A stretch of DNA of 64,000 nt from Corallochytrium limacisporum Hawaii (lineage: Eukaryota; Protista; Pluriformea): the NCBI GenBank assembly GCA_002811645.1, contig PDIP01000018.1, positions 83,609 to 147,608 of the forward strand. The letters are read 5' to 3'. Below, one piece after another: positions 1 to 9,554 of the stretch. Positions within the stretch are counted from its first letter, which is position 1. The number at the start of each line of letters is the position of its first letter. The notes beneath the pieces are model-generated. The model did not search any database. It worked only from the letters and a program-made list of their open reading frames with translations, and was not told where the DNA came from. The translations under genes were made by a program, and so were the position numbers.

Positions 1-46
1 TTGCTTTGGTGTTTGATTACTCACTTTGCAAAGCATTGCGGCTAAT

Positions 47-1882
47 TCAGCGATGCTTCACTCTCTTGTTGAAGCCAAAGGTGGCCACCGGTCGGGTCTT
101 CTTGAGCACGCCCTTGGTTGGCTTAATGTCCGGGCTGAAGACAGCCTTGCTCTTGTCCATTTGTCGGTGCACATGATATTCCTGTGCCGTGTTCTTGGAA
201 AGTTGGATGCGAACTCGCTTCTTGGCGCTTTCACTGAGACCGCTGGGCGTGCCGGTGCTACTTACCTTGGTGCTGCCCTTTGGACTCTTCTTGCCACTGT
301 TTTGGTGCTTCTGCTTTTTCGATTCTTTCTTGGATAGAGTGGGTGTTGTCTCTTCCGGAGCGATGGCCCGTTTCAACCCATTAGTCTTAGAAACTGTCTT
401 GTTGTTAGTTACAGCCTTGGCGTCCGGAGTGCGAGGCCGGAGCTTGGCCCGCTGCTTGGTCCGAGGGCTGGGGGACTGGATCGGAGAAGGTGTAACAGGT
501 CCCTTCTGGGGAGTCACCTCTTCTTCGCCGTCCCCAGACTCCTCGTCGCTTTCACTATCTTCGCTGTCTTCTTCTTCATCGGAGTTATCTACGACAGCAC
601 CGTTCACACCCCGTCGATTCGATTGAGGCGGTGTGGAGACCAGGAGCAGCTCATCAATGCGGTCTGCCAGCGAGGCAAATTTCTTTCTCATGGCAAACGT
701 CTGCTTGCGGATGGCTGGGTGCGTCGCCTTGTGGCTAGCCACCGCCTCCAGAATATCTGCAATTTCTCCCGCACCCAAATCCCCGGCAATGGCCATGGCT
801 TCCACCATCTCCGGCGTCTCTTCAGCGGCAGCTGGGCTTACTTTACGCATCGGAGAGGCCAACGAACTGTCGAGATCGTAGCGTGTTTCCATGACATCAA
901 AGATGCGCTCAAAACAGCCCGACAGAATGCGCTCACCTACAATGACCCGCTCTGTGACAATAAGATGCCCTCCAATGGTCTCCAGCATTGCGTAGACATT
1001 CTTGGAAGAGATAGGAGCCGTCTCTGCCACGGCTCCCTTCAGCACCTCCGTCCACCAATGCTCATAGACGGCCAGCCGCGGTCCGTCTAAGGATTGCTTC
1101 GATGCCTCGTCCGAAAGTACATTGGCTTCTAGAATAGCAAAAATGTCCTGCACGGCTTCTTCGACCCAGCCATAAGCCGTAATGATTTGAAATTGAACCC
1201 GCATGAACGCTCGAAGGAGGAAGTAGAACTTGTCCAGACGCAAGCGATCAATCTTTGACCATTCCCGGATTAGTGTGCGCCAGAAACAAGCGAGGTAGAG
1301 AATCTGGCGTGGGAGAAGGGCAGCAAACTGATGCAGACTGCCATCAAACCGAGTCAAATTCAAGTCCTCAGCGTTCAAATAGACCACTGGGGTGGCCTCT
1401 TCTGCTGCCGCTGCCTTTGTGTTCTCCTGCTCTTCCTCCTCCTCTTCATCCTCTTCGTCGTCGTCTTCTTCCTTCTCCTCATCCTCATCCTCTTCCTCTT
1501 CCTCATCCTCATCCTCTTCCTCTTCATCCTCTTCTTCCTCGTCACTACTGTCCTCCTCGACGATCGGAGGAGGACCTAGCTCCAACACAATATTTGCTAA
1601 ATTGTTTGCCAGCTCTTCCTGCACAAGCGGTTTGTCGGATAGCCACATGCAGTAGAAGAGAGCCTTCCATAACTTTAGCATATCAATGTACTTGAAGTCT
1701 GGTCGGCTCTGGATGTACTCCACGACCTTGCGCATGGCTGCGGCACGGGCCTTCTTTTGCGGCACGACAAGCCGCCGGGCGAAGTTAATCTGAGTCTGAC
1801 TAATGTCTCCAATGTCTTCGTCCAGCTTAGGCTTCTTAGCCCTCGCCTTAGCGGCCGCTTTGGCATGCCGCTTTTTGCCCAT
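47..1882 (-). CDS. RRP1: Ribosomal RNA processing protein 1 (Nop52 domain), with acidic insertion
   Basis: 611-aa ORF with the Nop52 blocks MLKLWKALFYCMWLSDKPLVQEELA and FWRTLIREWSKIDRLRLDKFYFLLR, and a basic C-tail (KKRVRIQL...FSPDIKPTKGVLK) like RRP1B. Confidence 0.92.
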   Translation of the reverse strand: MGKKRHAKAAAKARAKKPKLDEDIGDISQTQINFARRLVVPQKKARAAAMRKVVEYIQSRPDFKYIDMLKLWKALFYCMWLSDKPLVQEELANNLANIVLELGPPPIVEEDSSDEEEEDEEEEDEDEEEEEDEDEEKEEDDDEEDEEEEEEQENTKAAAAEEATPVVYLNAEDLNLTRFDGSLHQFAALLPRQILYLACFWRTLIREWSKIDRLRLDKFYFLLRAFMRVQFQIITAYGWVEEAVQDIFAILEANVLSDEASKQSLDGPRLAVYEHWWTEVLKGAVAETAPISSKNVYAMLETIGGHLIVTERVIVGERILSGCFERIFDVMETRYDLDSSLASPMRKVSPAAAEETPEMVEAMAIAGDLGAGEIADILEAVASHKATHPAIRKQTFAMRKKFASLADRIDELLLVSTPPQSNRRGVNGAVVDNSDEEEDSEDSESDEESGDGEEEVTPQKGPVTPSPIQSPSPRTKQRAKLRPRTPDAKAVTNNKTVSKTNGLKRAIAPEETTPTLSKKESKKQKHQNSGKKSPKGSTKVSSTGTPSGLSESAKKRVRIQLSKNTAQEYHVHRQMDKSKAVFSPDIKPTKGVLKKTRPVATFGFNKRVKHR

Positions 1883-2319
1883 GATGACGGTGTCTTACTG
1901 TTTTGTGTCCTTGTGTATCTAAAGTCCTAACCAAGAGTTGTGTTGTTCTACATTATCTGCTTTTCTTTACTACCCTCGTGCTGGACTCTCGTGTCGAACT
2001 GCGTGTCTCACTTGGCGCTCATGTCCACGTTGGGTTCCAGCTCCTCGTATCCACGGCTTCTAGTACCAAACGGTATGATCGGAACTACCGGCCAGTCAAA
2101 TCCAAATTAACTTCTTCAAGAGAACTGTTCGTCGTCACATAACTCACAGAGTTACCCACAAGGCTGAACACGCGCAACTACAACAAGAAAAAGGAAAAAT
2201 AGAGCCAAAAAACCCAGAACCGCACATTAGCGGCAATACGGGAGGCCCAACCACCCCACGAGTGAGCCTGCGGCTCCCACCTTTGTGCTGCGCCGCACCT
2301 CCCACCGCCTCATCCCTGG

Positions 2320-2353
2320 GTGCGTGCGTGCGTGCGTGTGTGTGTGTGTGTGT
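2320..2353. repeat. (TGCG)n(TG)n microsatellite
   Basis: Seen directly. (CT)10 follows at 2551-2570 and a CA-rich tract at about 2755-2786. Confidence 0.9.
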
Positions 2354-2991
2354 ATACGTGCGGTGTGGTGGCCACCGGGGTAGCCTCGCTGGTCGCAAGG
2401 AACTGCCCCCCCCCCCCGGCTTCCTCCTCCTCCACCTCCCTTCAACCGGCCACCCGTACCTCCCGGGCCACATTTTTTTTCCTTCCTTTTTTCTCTTTTT
2501 TTTTTTACTTCTTTCTTCGGGCGCTTGGGCTTGTGTCTCGCCCGCTCTATCTCTCTCTCTCTCTCTCTCTTCCCTTCCCGCCACCCTAACCCCCCCTCCT
2601 CCGCACACACTTGCCCACCACCCGTCCCCCCCCTCCCCGGGGGTCTCTAACCACGCGTGCCACCCTCCCCCGCCATCTTTTCTCTTGCCTCGGGTCCTTT
2701 GCCGGGAAAATTTCCTTGTTCGCGGCGCGCGCCGAATTTCCTTGTTTTCCGACTCGCACGCACGCATGCACACACACACACGCACGGGCGAAGGCCTCCC
2801 GCACCCCGCGGAGGGGGGAGGGGGGCCGGGAAAAAAGAGCCTTCAGACGAAGGGGGTGCGATACCGGAGGGCTGGCTGGCTCCCCGATTTTCCCCCCTGG
2901 GGGCCGGGCGGGGCCGGGTCCTCTTTATCCGTCCCGCTTTTTGAGGGACGGTGCTGCTGGGGCCCGCCCCGCGAGGCTCCCCCGGGGGGGG

Positions 2992-3033
2992 NNNNNNNNN
3001 NNNNNNNNNNNNNNNNNNNNNNNNNNNNNNNNN
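2992..3033. other. Assembly gap (42 N)
   Basis: Run of N flanked by G and C homopolymers. Confidence 0.99.
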
Positions 3034-3301
3034 CCTGTGCCCCCCCCCCCTTCCCTTCAGGCCACGACATAACCCCCCCCCCTACCCAGCCAAAGACACA
3101 GGAAAGAATGGCGACCCTTTTAAAATTCCATTTTTTCTTTCTCTGTTGGCGAGATATTCTCACTTTTTTTATTTCATATTTTTGGGTTTTTCCATTATTT
3201 TTTTGTGTTGTTGGGCACGGAAGTTATTTTTTAATTGTCATTTATTACTTTTTTATTGTGACACTGGGGGTCTCGGGGAACGAGCGGTGGGGTGGGCTTA
3301 T

Positions 3302-4102
3302 TCATTGCTGCTGGGTGGACGTGGGTCTCGGGGAGAACCGAAAGATGCGCTTCATGATCGCCTTCATTTCGCTTGGAGCAGCACCGTATAGTTCGCGTTC
3401 GCCAATGACGGCATAACATGTGGGCCAGGTACCGTTCTGCATCCGGGAACCATTGCCCTTTCCCACCCAACGTAGGACAAAGTCGATGTCGGAGAAGTCC
3501 ATTTCACCGAAGACGTCCATCAGTGCCCATCTCTGCGACCCATCGATTCGGAGGTCGGAGATGCGTACCAACGGTTCGTCTACGCCATCACGAGGCACAA
3601 TTCCGGGCCTGAGTGCAATTTCCGCAGTGACAGACTGCCTTACTTCGACATTCATATCATCTGCCAAACCACCGGACAGGATGCGAATGATGACGGTTCC
3701 ACATGTGGTGCGGTCCGCGAAACGCGTATCAAAGGACAGTTCTACAGTGACAGGTGCAGCACCCCAGTGGGCCATGTCATCGAAGGGGATCTGTAGCTGC
3801 AATCCAGCACCTGCAAGTGTGTCCCGTAATAGCTCCCGTCTGTATCTGTAGTCCAGCCAAAGATAGGTGAACAGAGCCCAGGGATGACTGAATTGCAGCT
3901 CTACCTCGTCTTTACACTCAAAGCGTTTACTGGCCTCAAACTTCTCCCCGAAGACTGATTCAATATACTGCTTCCAGACCTCGGAGGAGCTGTACATACT
4001 CCGCCACCGACGACACACAAACCGACACTCAACAGCATCTTTCCAGGGGAGGAATCGACAAATTCTGGCCACCAACTCCGGTGGCAGATCCGTCCACATC
4101 AT
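3302..4102 (-). CDS. F-box protein
   Basis: N-terminal F-box WTDLPPELVARICRFLPWKDAVECRFVCRRWR. The remainder is unrecognised. The 3' end abuts low-complexity sequence near the gap, so the stop is less certain. Confidence 0.8.
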   Translation of the reverse strand: MMWTDLPPELVARICRFLPWKDAVECRFVCRRWRSMYSSSEVWKQYIESVFGEKFEASKRFECKDEVELQFSHPWALFTYLWLDYRYRRELLRDTLAGAGLQLQIPFDDMAHWGAAPVTVELSFDTRFADRTTCGTVIIRILSGGLADDMNVEVRQSVTAEIALRPGIVPRDGVDEPLVRISDLRIDGSQRWALMDVFGEMDFSDIDFVLRWVGKGNGSRMQNGTWPTCYAVIGERELYGAAPSEMKAIMKRIFRFSPRPTSTQQQ

Positions 4103-4550
4103 CCCGTCCTTGTTTCCCTCATTGTTATCTTTGTCAAATTAAATTCTTTTCGCTGGTCATCACAGCCCATCAAACCGAACAGGAAGCCTAGCACTTTGAC
4201 CTACCTTTCCAAAACTACACTCATACGATATCCAGCGTACGCACCCGCTCATCTTCCTCACAACCAACCACTGCTATTACTGTTGCAAAACTGACACCTT
4301 CATTCATTTCGGCCGAGCTAACTTCATCGAATTTGCAGCATAATAGCCTTGAAGGCTGGCATTCCCGAACGTACTGCGTTGCTCGGCAGGGTACGAGGGA
4401 GATTCTGCGAGTTCGTTTCAAGCCAGACCCCATTGACAGCGCCTTACGCTTAGGTCAGTGCCAGTGTGCCGGATCTCACAGCGGTATGTCGTCGGGGGTC
4501 CCGTAAAAAAAGGGAAGGGGGATTTCGTGGAGAGCGGCACCGGGGGGGTC

Positions 4551-4559
4551 TTTTCGCGC
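4551..4559 (+). promoter_or_regulatory. Putative E2F site (TTTTCGCGC) upstream of HELLS
   Basis: Matches the E2F consensus TTTSSCGC in the divergent F-box/HELLS spacer. Confidence 0.4.
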
Positions 4560-4952
4560 TCAAAACTCTCTTGCCCCCCGTCCGCAGGAGTCTTGTCGCC
4601 CCCACAGTGACAGTCTGTGACCCGCTCGGCTCGTTCGGCCCGCGGGGTTGGGTAGCACAAACGGTCGGCCAGTTAGAACTGAAACTACGGTATTTTTCTG
4701 TGGACAACGCAGCGGATTTTTCCGCTTCGGTTCGGTCGCGCGGGGCCTACCGCGCGTTGGCGTGCTTAGGTCAGAGGCCGGTGAGAGTGAGACAGTGGCC
4801 GAGTGGCTGTAGTATGCCTATACGGAGGCAGCTTCGAAGGAATGTGCGGTTCCCAAGCGCGCCAAACTTTGATGGTGATGACCCGGGGTTGCATAATCAG
4901 ACGCACACAGGGTACAAGATTTGTGCAACAACAGTGTGAATCGGTGTCGAGT

Positions 4953-5006
4953 GTATGTTAGTGAGTGATATTGATGATATGCAAAGCATTGCCTAATGTG
5001 ATACAG
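4953..5006 (+). other. Putative 5'-UTR intron of HELLS
   Basis: GTATGT (4953), CTAAT (4993-4997) and TACAG ending at 5006. An alternative upstream donor is possible. Confidence 0.45.
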
Positions 5007-5059
5007 AACTAGTAGATTAGTTGCTTGTGGACCATCAGAAAACAGCCACGATTGCGAAC

Positions 5060-7621
5060 ATGGTCGGAACAAAGGCGCCGGAGCACCGGGCCGACTGGAA
5101 GCACCCTAATAAGGATGATGTCTTCATTCCGGAGAGTCGGTCCACTTCGGAGGGCGAGGACTCTGACGATTGCAAGCACAACATTGTCATCACAAAGTCC
5201 ATGCTTGATGAAGAGACCAAGATCCACCAGGACTTTGAGAAGACTCAAGAAGAGGACCGTATTAAGGCACATGAGTCCTTTGAAAGCGAAGTGAAGTCCA
5301 AACGTTTGCAGCGTCTCAACTTTTTGCTAGAAAAGACCGACATTTACTCCTCCTTCCTCAAGTCCAAGATGGAGCAGCAGCGCGAGGAGAAGAAGCTACG
5401 CAAGGAAAGGGAAAGTAAGAAGACAATTGAGGCCGCAAAAAAGACATCAGTCCTGGACGAACAGAAGGAGATTACCACCCGAACGGGGACGAAGCGCGGC
5501 ACCGCCTCACCAGCCAGGCCGAAGGCTAAGGCAGTCAGGACTGCCAAGCGAAAGGCCACGAAGGACCTAGAGAAGAAGTATGATATTGAGGAAGCGCTGG
5601 ATCAATCTCAGGGAACGGAGCTCAGCAATGGTAATGATGCTGGCCTCTCACGTAACGAGGATGGAATAGTACAGCCTGCCCTGGTATCTGGAGGGCAGCT
5701 CCGTGATTACCAGTTAGAGGGCGTTGAGTGGATGATTGGCCTTTGGGAAAATGGATTGAATGGTATTCTAGGTGACGAAATGGGTCTGGGTAAGACCCTA
5801 CAGTGCATTAGCTTCATAGCCCATCTGGTTGAACACAACGTGCGGGGTCCGTACTTGATCGCCGCTCCTCTATCCACACTAGGTAACTGGATCAACGAGT
5901 TCCGCAGGTTTACGCCTGAGATTCCAGTCATGCTGTATCACGGCTCTCCAGAAGACCGTGTCAAGCTTCGCCGGAAGATGGGTAAGCTCTACGAGATCAA
6001 ATCGCTGAATGGTGTACACTGCTATCCCATTGTGGTCACTAGTTACGAAATTGTGATGCGGGATCGTAAGTTTTTGCAGAACCACATGTGGAAATATGTA
6101 ATTGTGGATGAGGGACACCGCATCAAAAATCTCAACTGTCGCTTAGTACGTGAACTTAAGAGCTACCACTCCGCTAACCGTCTCCTGCTGACCGGTACTC
6201 CGCTGCAGAACAATATTGCGGAGCTGTGGAGTCTGTTGAATTTCTTGCTGCCGGATATTTTTGACGACCTAGACACATTCCAGCAATGGTTTGATTTCGG
6301 TGAGCTCGGCGAAGATACTGGCAACGAGGAACGGGCACGCATCCTTAACCAGTTGCATAAGATCATGTCTCCATTCTTGCTTCGTCGTCTGAAGAGTGAT
6401 CTCGACATTAATATTCCCAAGAAGAAGGAGTATCTCTTGTATGCCCCTATGACTGAGGTCCAGCGCACGTACTACACTTCGACCTTAGACCGGAGTATCA
6501 CGGCACTCCTAAACATGGATGGCCAGGCTCAGCATGATGAAGAGGAGCTCTTAACCATGGACACTCGAAATCGAGCGTCAAAACTTCGAGCGTCCTCGTC
6601 CGGATTCAAGGAGCAGAGCGATACCCAATTCTTTAAGGATGCTGACGGTGTAACTTTTGATGAAATGGATGAAATGGAAGAAAACCGTCGCCGGAGCAGT
6701 ACTTCTGAGCTAGCAAAGAATAAGGATACCAGCATCACAAACGTCAAGCTCCAGAACGTCATTCAGCAGCTGCGTCGCATCTGCTGTCATCCATACCTCA
6801 TCGACTATCCTCTGACCAAAGACGGAGACTATCGCATCGATGATGACTTGGTCAAGGTTTCAGGGAAGTTGCAGTTGCTGGATCAAATTCTCCCTCGGCT
6901 CCATCAAGAGGGTCGAAAAGTTTTGCTGTTTTCACAATTCACGACAATGTTAGACGTCTTGCAGGACTACATGTGGCTTAGAGGCTATGGATTCTGCCGT
7001 CTAGACGGAAGCACTGGCCATGAAGAGCGTCTGGAGGCCATCGACTCCTTCAATAATGACAAGGAAACTTTTGCCTTCCTCCTGAGTACACGTGCCGGCG
7101 GCCTGGGCATTAACTTAGTTGCTGCGGACACATGCATCATTTATGACAGCGATTGGAATCCCCAGGTTGATTTACAGGCTCAAGATCGCTGCCACCGCAT
7201 CGGTCAGAAGCACAATGTTATAATTCTGCGCCTGTGCACAGAGCAGTCCATTGAACAAAAAATCCTTGAGCGTGCTGGAGAAAAGCGTCAGCTCGAGAAA
7301 CTGGTTATCCATCAGAAAAAGTTCAAGGGCATCATGAAGGGGTCTAAGGCACTAAACGCAGATGATCTGCGAGCACTGTTGGGCAGCGAGGACGCTGAGA
7401 AGGTCAATTATAAGGAAACGACCCGCAGGAGTGCCCGTAGCCGTGACTCTACACCCCGTAGCAGGACGAGCACCACCGTTCCCAAGCCAGGAAAGGTCAA
7501 GCCGGTTTTGCCCCAGAGGGAACTTGACCGCCTCTTGGACCGAGACTTTGACAAACAGGACCAAGAATCCGGTGAGAAATTTGCTGTATACAACTCAGAG
7601 GATCTTCGAGAGCGGGCTTAG
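5060..7621 (+). CDS. HELLS: HELLS/LSH/DDM1-type SNF2 chromatin remodeller
   Basis: N-terminal RLQRLNFLLEKTDIYSSFLKSKMEQQ is typical of HELLS. SNF2 motifs: GILGDEMGLGKT, DEGH, LLLTGTPLQNN, STRAGGLGINL, QAQDRCHRIGQ. First ATG is at 5060. Confidence 0.93.
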   Translation: MVGTKAPEHRADWKHPNKDDVFIPESRSTSEGEDSDDCKHNIVITKSMLDEETKIHQDFEKTQEEDRIKAHESFESEVKSKRLQRLNFLLEKTDIYSSFLKSKMEQQREEKKLRKERESKKTIEAAKKTSVLDEQKEITTRTGTKRGTASPARPKAKAVRTAKRKATKDLEKKYDIEEALDQSQGTELSNGNDAGLSRNEDGIVQPALVSGGQLRDYQLEGVEWMIGLWENGLNGILGDEMGLGKTLQCISFIAHLVEHNVRGPYLIAAPLSTLGNWINEFRRFTPEIPVMLYHGSPEDRVKLRRKMGKLYEIKSLNGVHCYPIVVTSYEIVMRDRKFLQNHMWKYVIVDEGHRIKNLNCRLVRELKSYHSANRLLLTGTPLQNNIAELWSLLNFLLPDIFDDLDTFQQWFDFGELGEDTGNEERARILNQLHKIMSPFLLRRLKSDLDINIPKKKEYLLYAPMTEVQRTYYTSTLDRSITALLNMDGQAQHDEEELLTMDTRNRASKLRASSSGFKEQSDTQFFKDADGVTFDEMDEMEENRRRSSTSELAKNKDTSITNVKLQNVIQQLRRICCHPYLIDYPLTKDGDYRIDDDLVKVSGKLQLLDQILPRLHQEGRKVLLFSQFTTMLDVLQDYMWLRGYGFCRLDGSTGHEERLEAIDSFNNDKETFAFLLSTRAGGLGINLVAADTCIIYDSDWNPQVDLQAQDRCHRIGQKHNVIILRLCTEQSIEQKILERAGEKRQLEKLVIHQKKFKGIMKGSKALNADDLRALLGSEDAEKVNYKETTRRSARSRDSTPRSRTSTTVPKPGKVKPVLPQRELDRLLDRDFDKQDQESGEKFAVYNSEDLRERA

Positions 7622-7803
7622 ATGGACAAAGAACTCCTGAATCATTAATCATACATTTCATCATGCATCATGCATCCTTGTCAGTCATCGATTATAGCGG
7701 TAGTGCATTCGAACGGTTTTGTTGGTCACTAGTTTCTCGTATTGCTTCTGAAAGCATTCACTGAGTGAGGACGGATCTCAATACTCAATATTCACCAGTA
7801 GGG

Positions 7804-7823
7804 TTTTGGCGCGAAAATTTAGA
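7804..7823 (+). promoter_or_regulatory. Near-palindromic E2F site with adjacent CHR-like hexamer
   Basis: TTTTGGCGCGAAAA followed directly by TTTAGA, about 280 nt upstream of the CENP-H-like ORF. Confidence 0.5.
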
Positions 7824-8099
7824 CTGGAGGCCATAGTGGAACTCTCAGGTGAGACCCCTCTAGGGTCCTCGGCAACGGTACATTTCAATGCCGGCCAGGT
7901 ATGTGATGTCTTGCGTGTAATTTAGTTGGAGTAACAATGTATGACTGAGAACAACATTAGAGACGTTCGACGATAGGAGAAAAGTAACACTTAATGATAA
8001 CATTCATCTATAAACAAAGTCAAGACACATCCACCTACATCAAACGGGTACAGAACCATGGTCCAGCAACACAAAAAGCACTAGTTGGAGAATTGGCCA

Positions 8100-9452
8100 A
8101 TGATGGCGCTAAAAGACAGATCCATTCAGAATATTGCACAAGTACTGCATGAAAACTCTGCCAGTGTTAAAGAAGAGCCAATTGAGGAGCAGAAACCAGA
8201 CATTTCTTCTAGTGTAGAGTCCGACAGACTTGATCACATAGAGAAGCTTGCCAATGACTTAAAGAAAGAATCCAAACGCCAGTACTGGGCTGGTCTGGCG
8301 TCATCGGGTACCTCTATGGAAAGGGAGCGAGACTTTCTGAGAGCACTGCGAGGGCCGAATCCACCGAAAGCGAGACAGATTACGAGTTTTGCAGGATTGC
8401 GGACACTATTGGTCCACCTTCTGCACCGCAGGCGCGTCCTACGGCAGCAAATGATTGAGATGGAGGCCATGTGCCGGGCAAAAAAAGCCTGGCTCGAGAC
8501 AGCGCACAAAATGGATATTGGTTCTTCACAATCAGATTCGCATGAGGCGCTGATGGAAGCGCGATTACGGTATCAGCGAGCAGTGGTGAACTACAGAGAA
8601 GGACCGTTCAAGCAAGCGATGCTTTCGGGCCTCCCACAGACAACGGACGACGCTCACATCAACGCGGAAATCGAACACGGCTTGGAGATCCAGCGGAAGC
8701 AGCAGGCGCTGACAGAAGCACGGATCGCAGAAGTAGCAGCAGCGTGGGCCCAGTTCCGACGTACCCACAGCGAGCGACGCCGGGCCATCCAAGACTTGCG
8801 CCGGCGGGTAAGGAGGGCGCGAAAATTAACACGACGAGTCGAACGACATGCCGTCGCATTGGAGGCACTGCGGAACGGAGAAGTAACGCTGCTATCGGCA
8901 CCGCATGGAACGGGTGCTGAGGCAGCACCAGAGGCGCTAGGTAGCAGCGTGACCACGAAGGAGACGACCGACCAACTGTCGGGAGTAGGAGAAGCAGAGA
9001 AAGGCAATGTTGAGGGTTACTACAACCAAGATGATGACATGGACGACAGCTATGACTTCAACGAAGAAGAGGAGGAAGAGAGCGTGGGCGATGAGATCCC
9101 CGAGCAGGACGCAGATAATAGCAGTGATGAAGAGGAAGACGACGACTGTGACAATACCGGTGCAATTACTAGTGATCCATTCACAGAGGGAGATCGAACG
9201 TCGCTTATCCCTCATGATAAACACATCTCCGATTCCGACAGAGTCCGCGTCGCAGTGGCACAGGACTGGTTTCGCCACCGCGTCTCCTCCCTGCGGGAGC
9301 GGCACACCGACCTCCATAAGCGCATTCGTATCCTCCGTGATGTAGGTCAGGTACTTCTAAGTGCCCTGGACATGGACTGGTCGCAGGAACCTACCCTCGC
9401 CGCCGCTGTTGAGGTGCTCTTCAGGGACGAGGATGACATAATGGAGAACTAA
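8100..9452 (+). CDS. Coiled-coil protein with CENP-H/Fta3-like C-terminal motif
   Basis: Long helical ORF with an acidic insert. The C-terminus ILRDVGQVLLSALDMDWSQEPTLAAAVEVL resembles the CENP-H 'VNWAEDPAL' terminal motif. The start is uncertain. Confidence 0.5.
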   Translation: MMALKDRSIQNIAQVLHENSASVKEEPIEEQKPDISSSVESDRLDHIEKLANDLKKESKRQYWAGLASSGTSMERERDFLRALRGPNPPKARQITSFAGLRTLLVHLLHRRRVLRQQMIEMEAMCRAKKAWLETAHKMDIGSSQSDSHEALMEARLRYQRAVVNYREGPFKQAMLSGLPQTTDDAHINAEIEHGLEIQRKQQALTEARIAEVAAAWAQFRRTHSERRRAIQDLRRRVRRARKLTRRVERHAVALEALRNGEVTLLSAPHGTGAEAAPEALGSSVTTKETTDQLSGVGEAEKGNVEGYYNQDDDMDDSYDFNEEEEEESVGDEIPEQDADNSSDEEEDDDCDNTGAITSDPFTEGDRTSLIPHDKHISDSDRVRVAVAQDWFRHRVSSLRERHTDLHKRIRILRDVGQVLLSALDMDWSQEPTLAAAVEVLFRDEDDIMEN

Positions 9453-9554
9453 TATAACTCGATTATCACTATATAAGAAACTAACTAGTGGCCATTTCAT
9501 CACATATGAGAAATTTCTTTACGGCGCTGCCCTCACATTGTGATGTAATTTGTT

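Noticed and set aside
1255-1695. Poly-Ser, Leu/Phe and Pro/His ORFs on the + strand
   Set aside because: These are antisense shadows of the RRP1 acidic tract.
2144-3416. Several 100-380 aa ORFs over the low-complexity/gap region
   Set aside because: They translate microsatellites, G/C runs and Ns, and show no protein-like composition.
7619-8084. TAG reassignment (alternative genetic code) suggested by the in-frame TAG at 8082
   Set aside because: TAG ends HELLS, the 2OG oxygenase, PAF-AH and RECQL5 at plausible C-termini, and long ORFs lack internal TAG.
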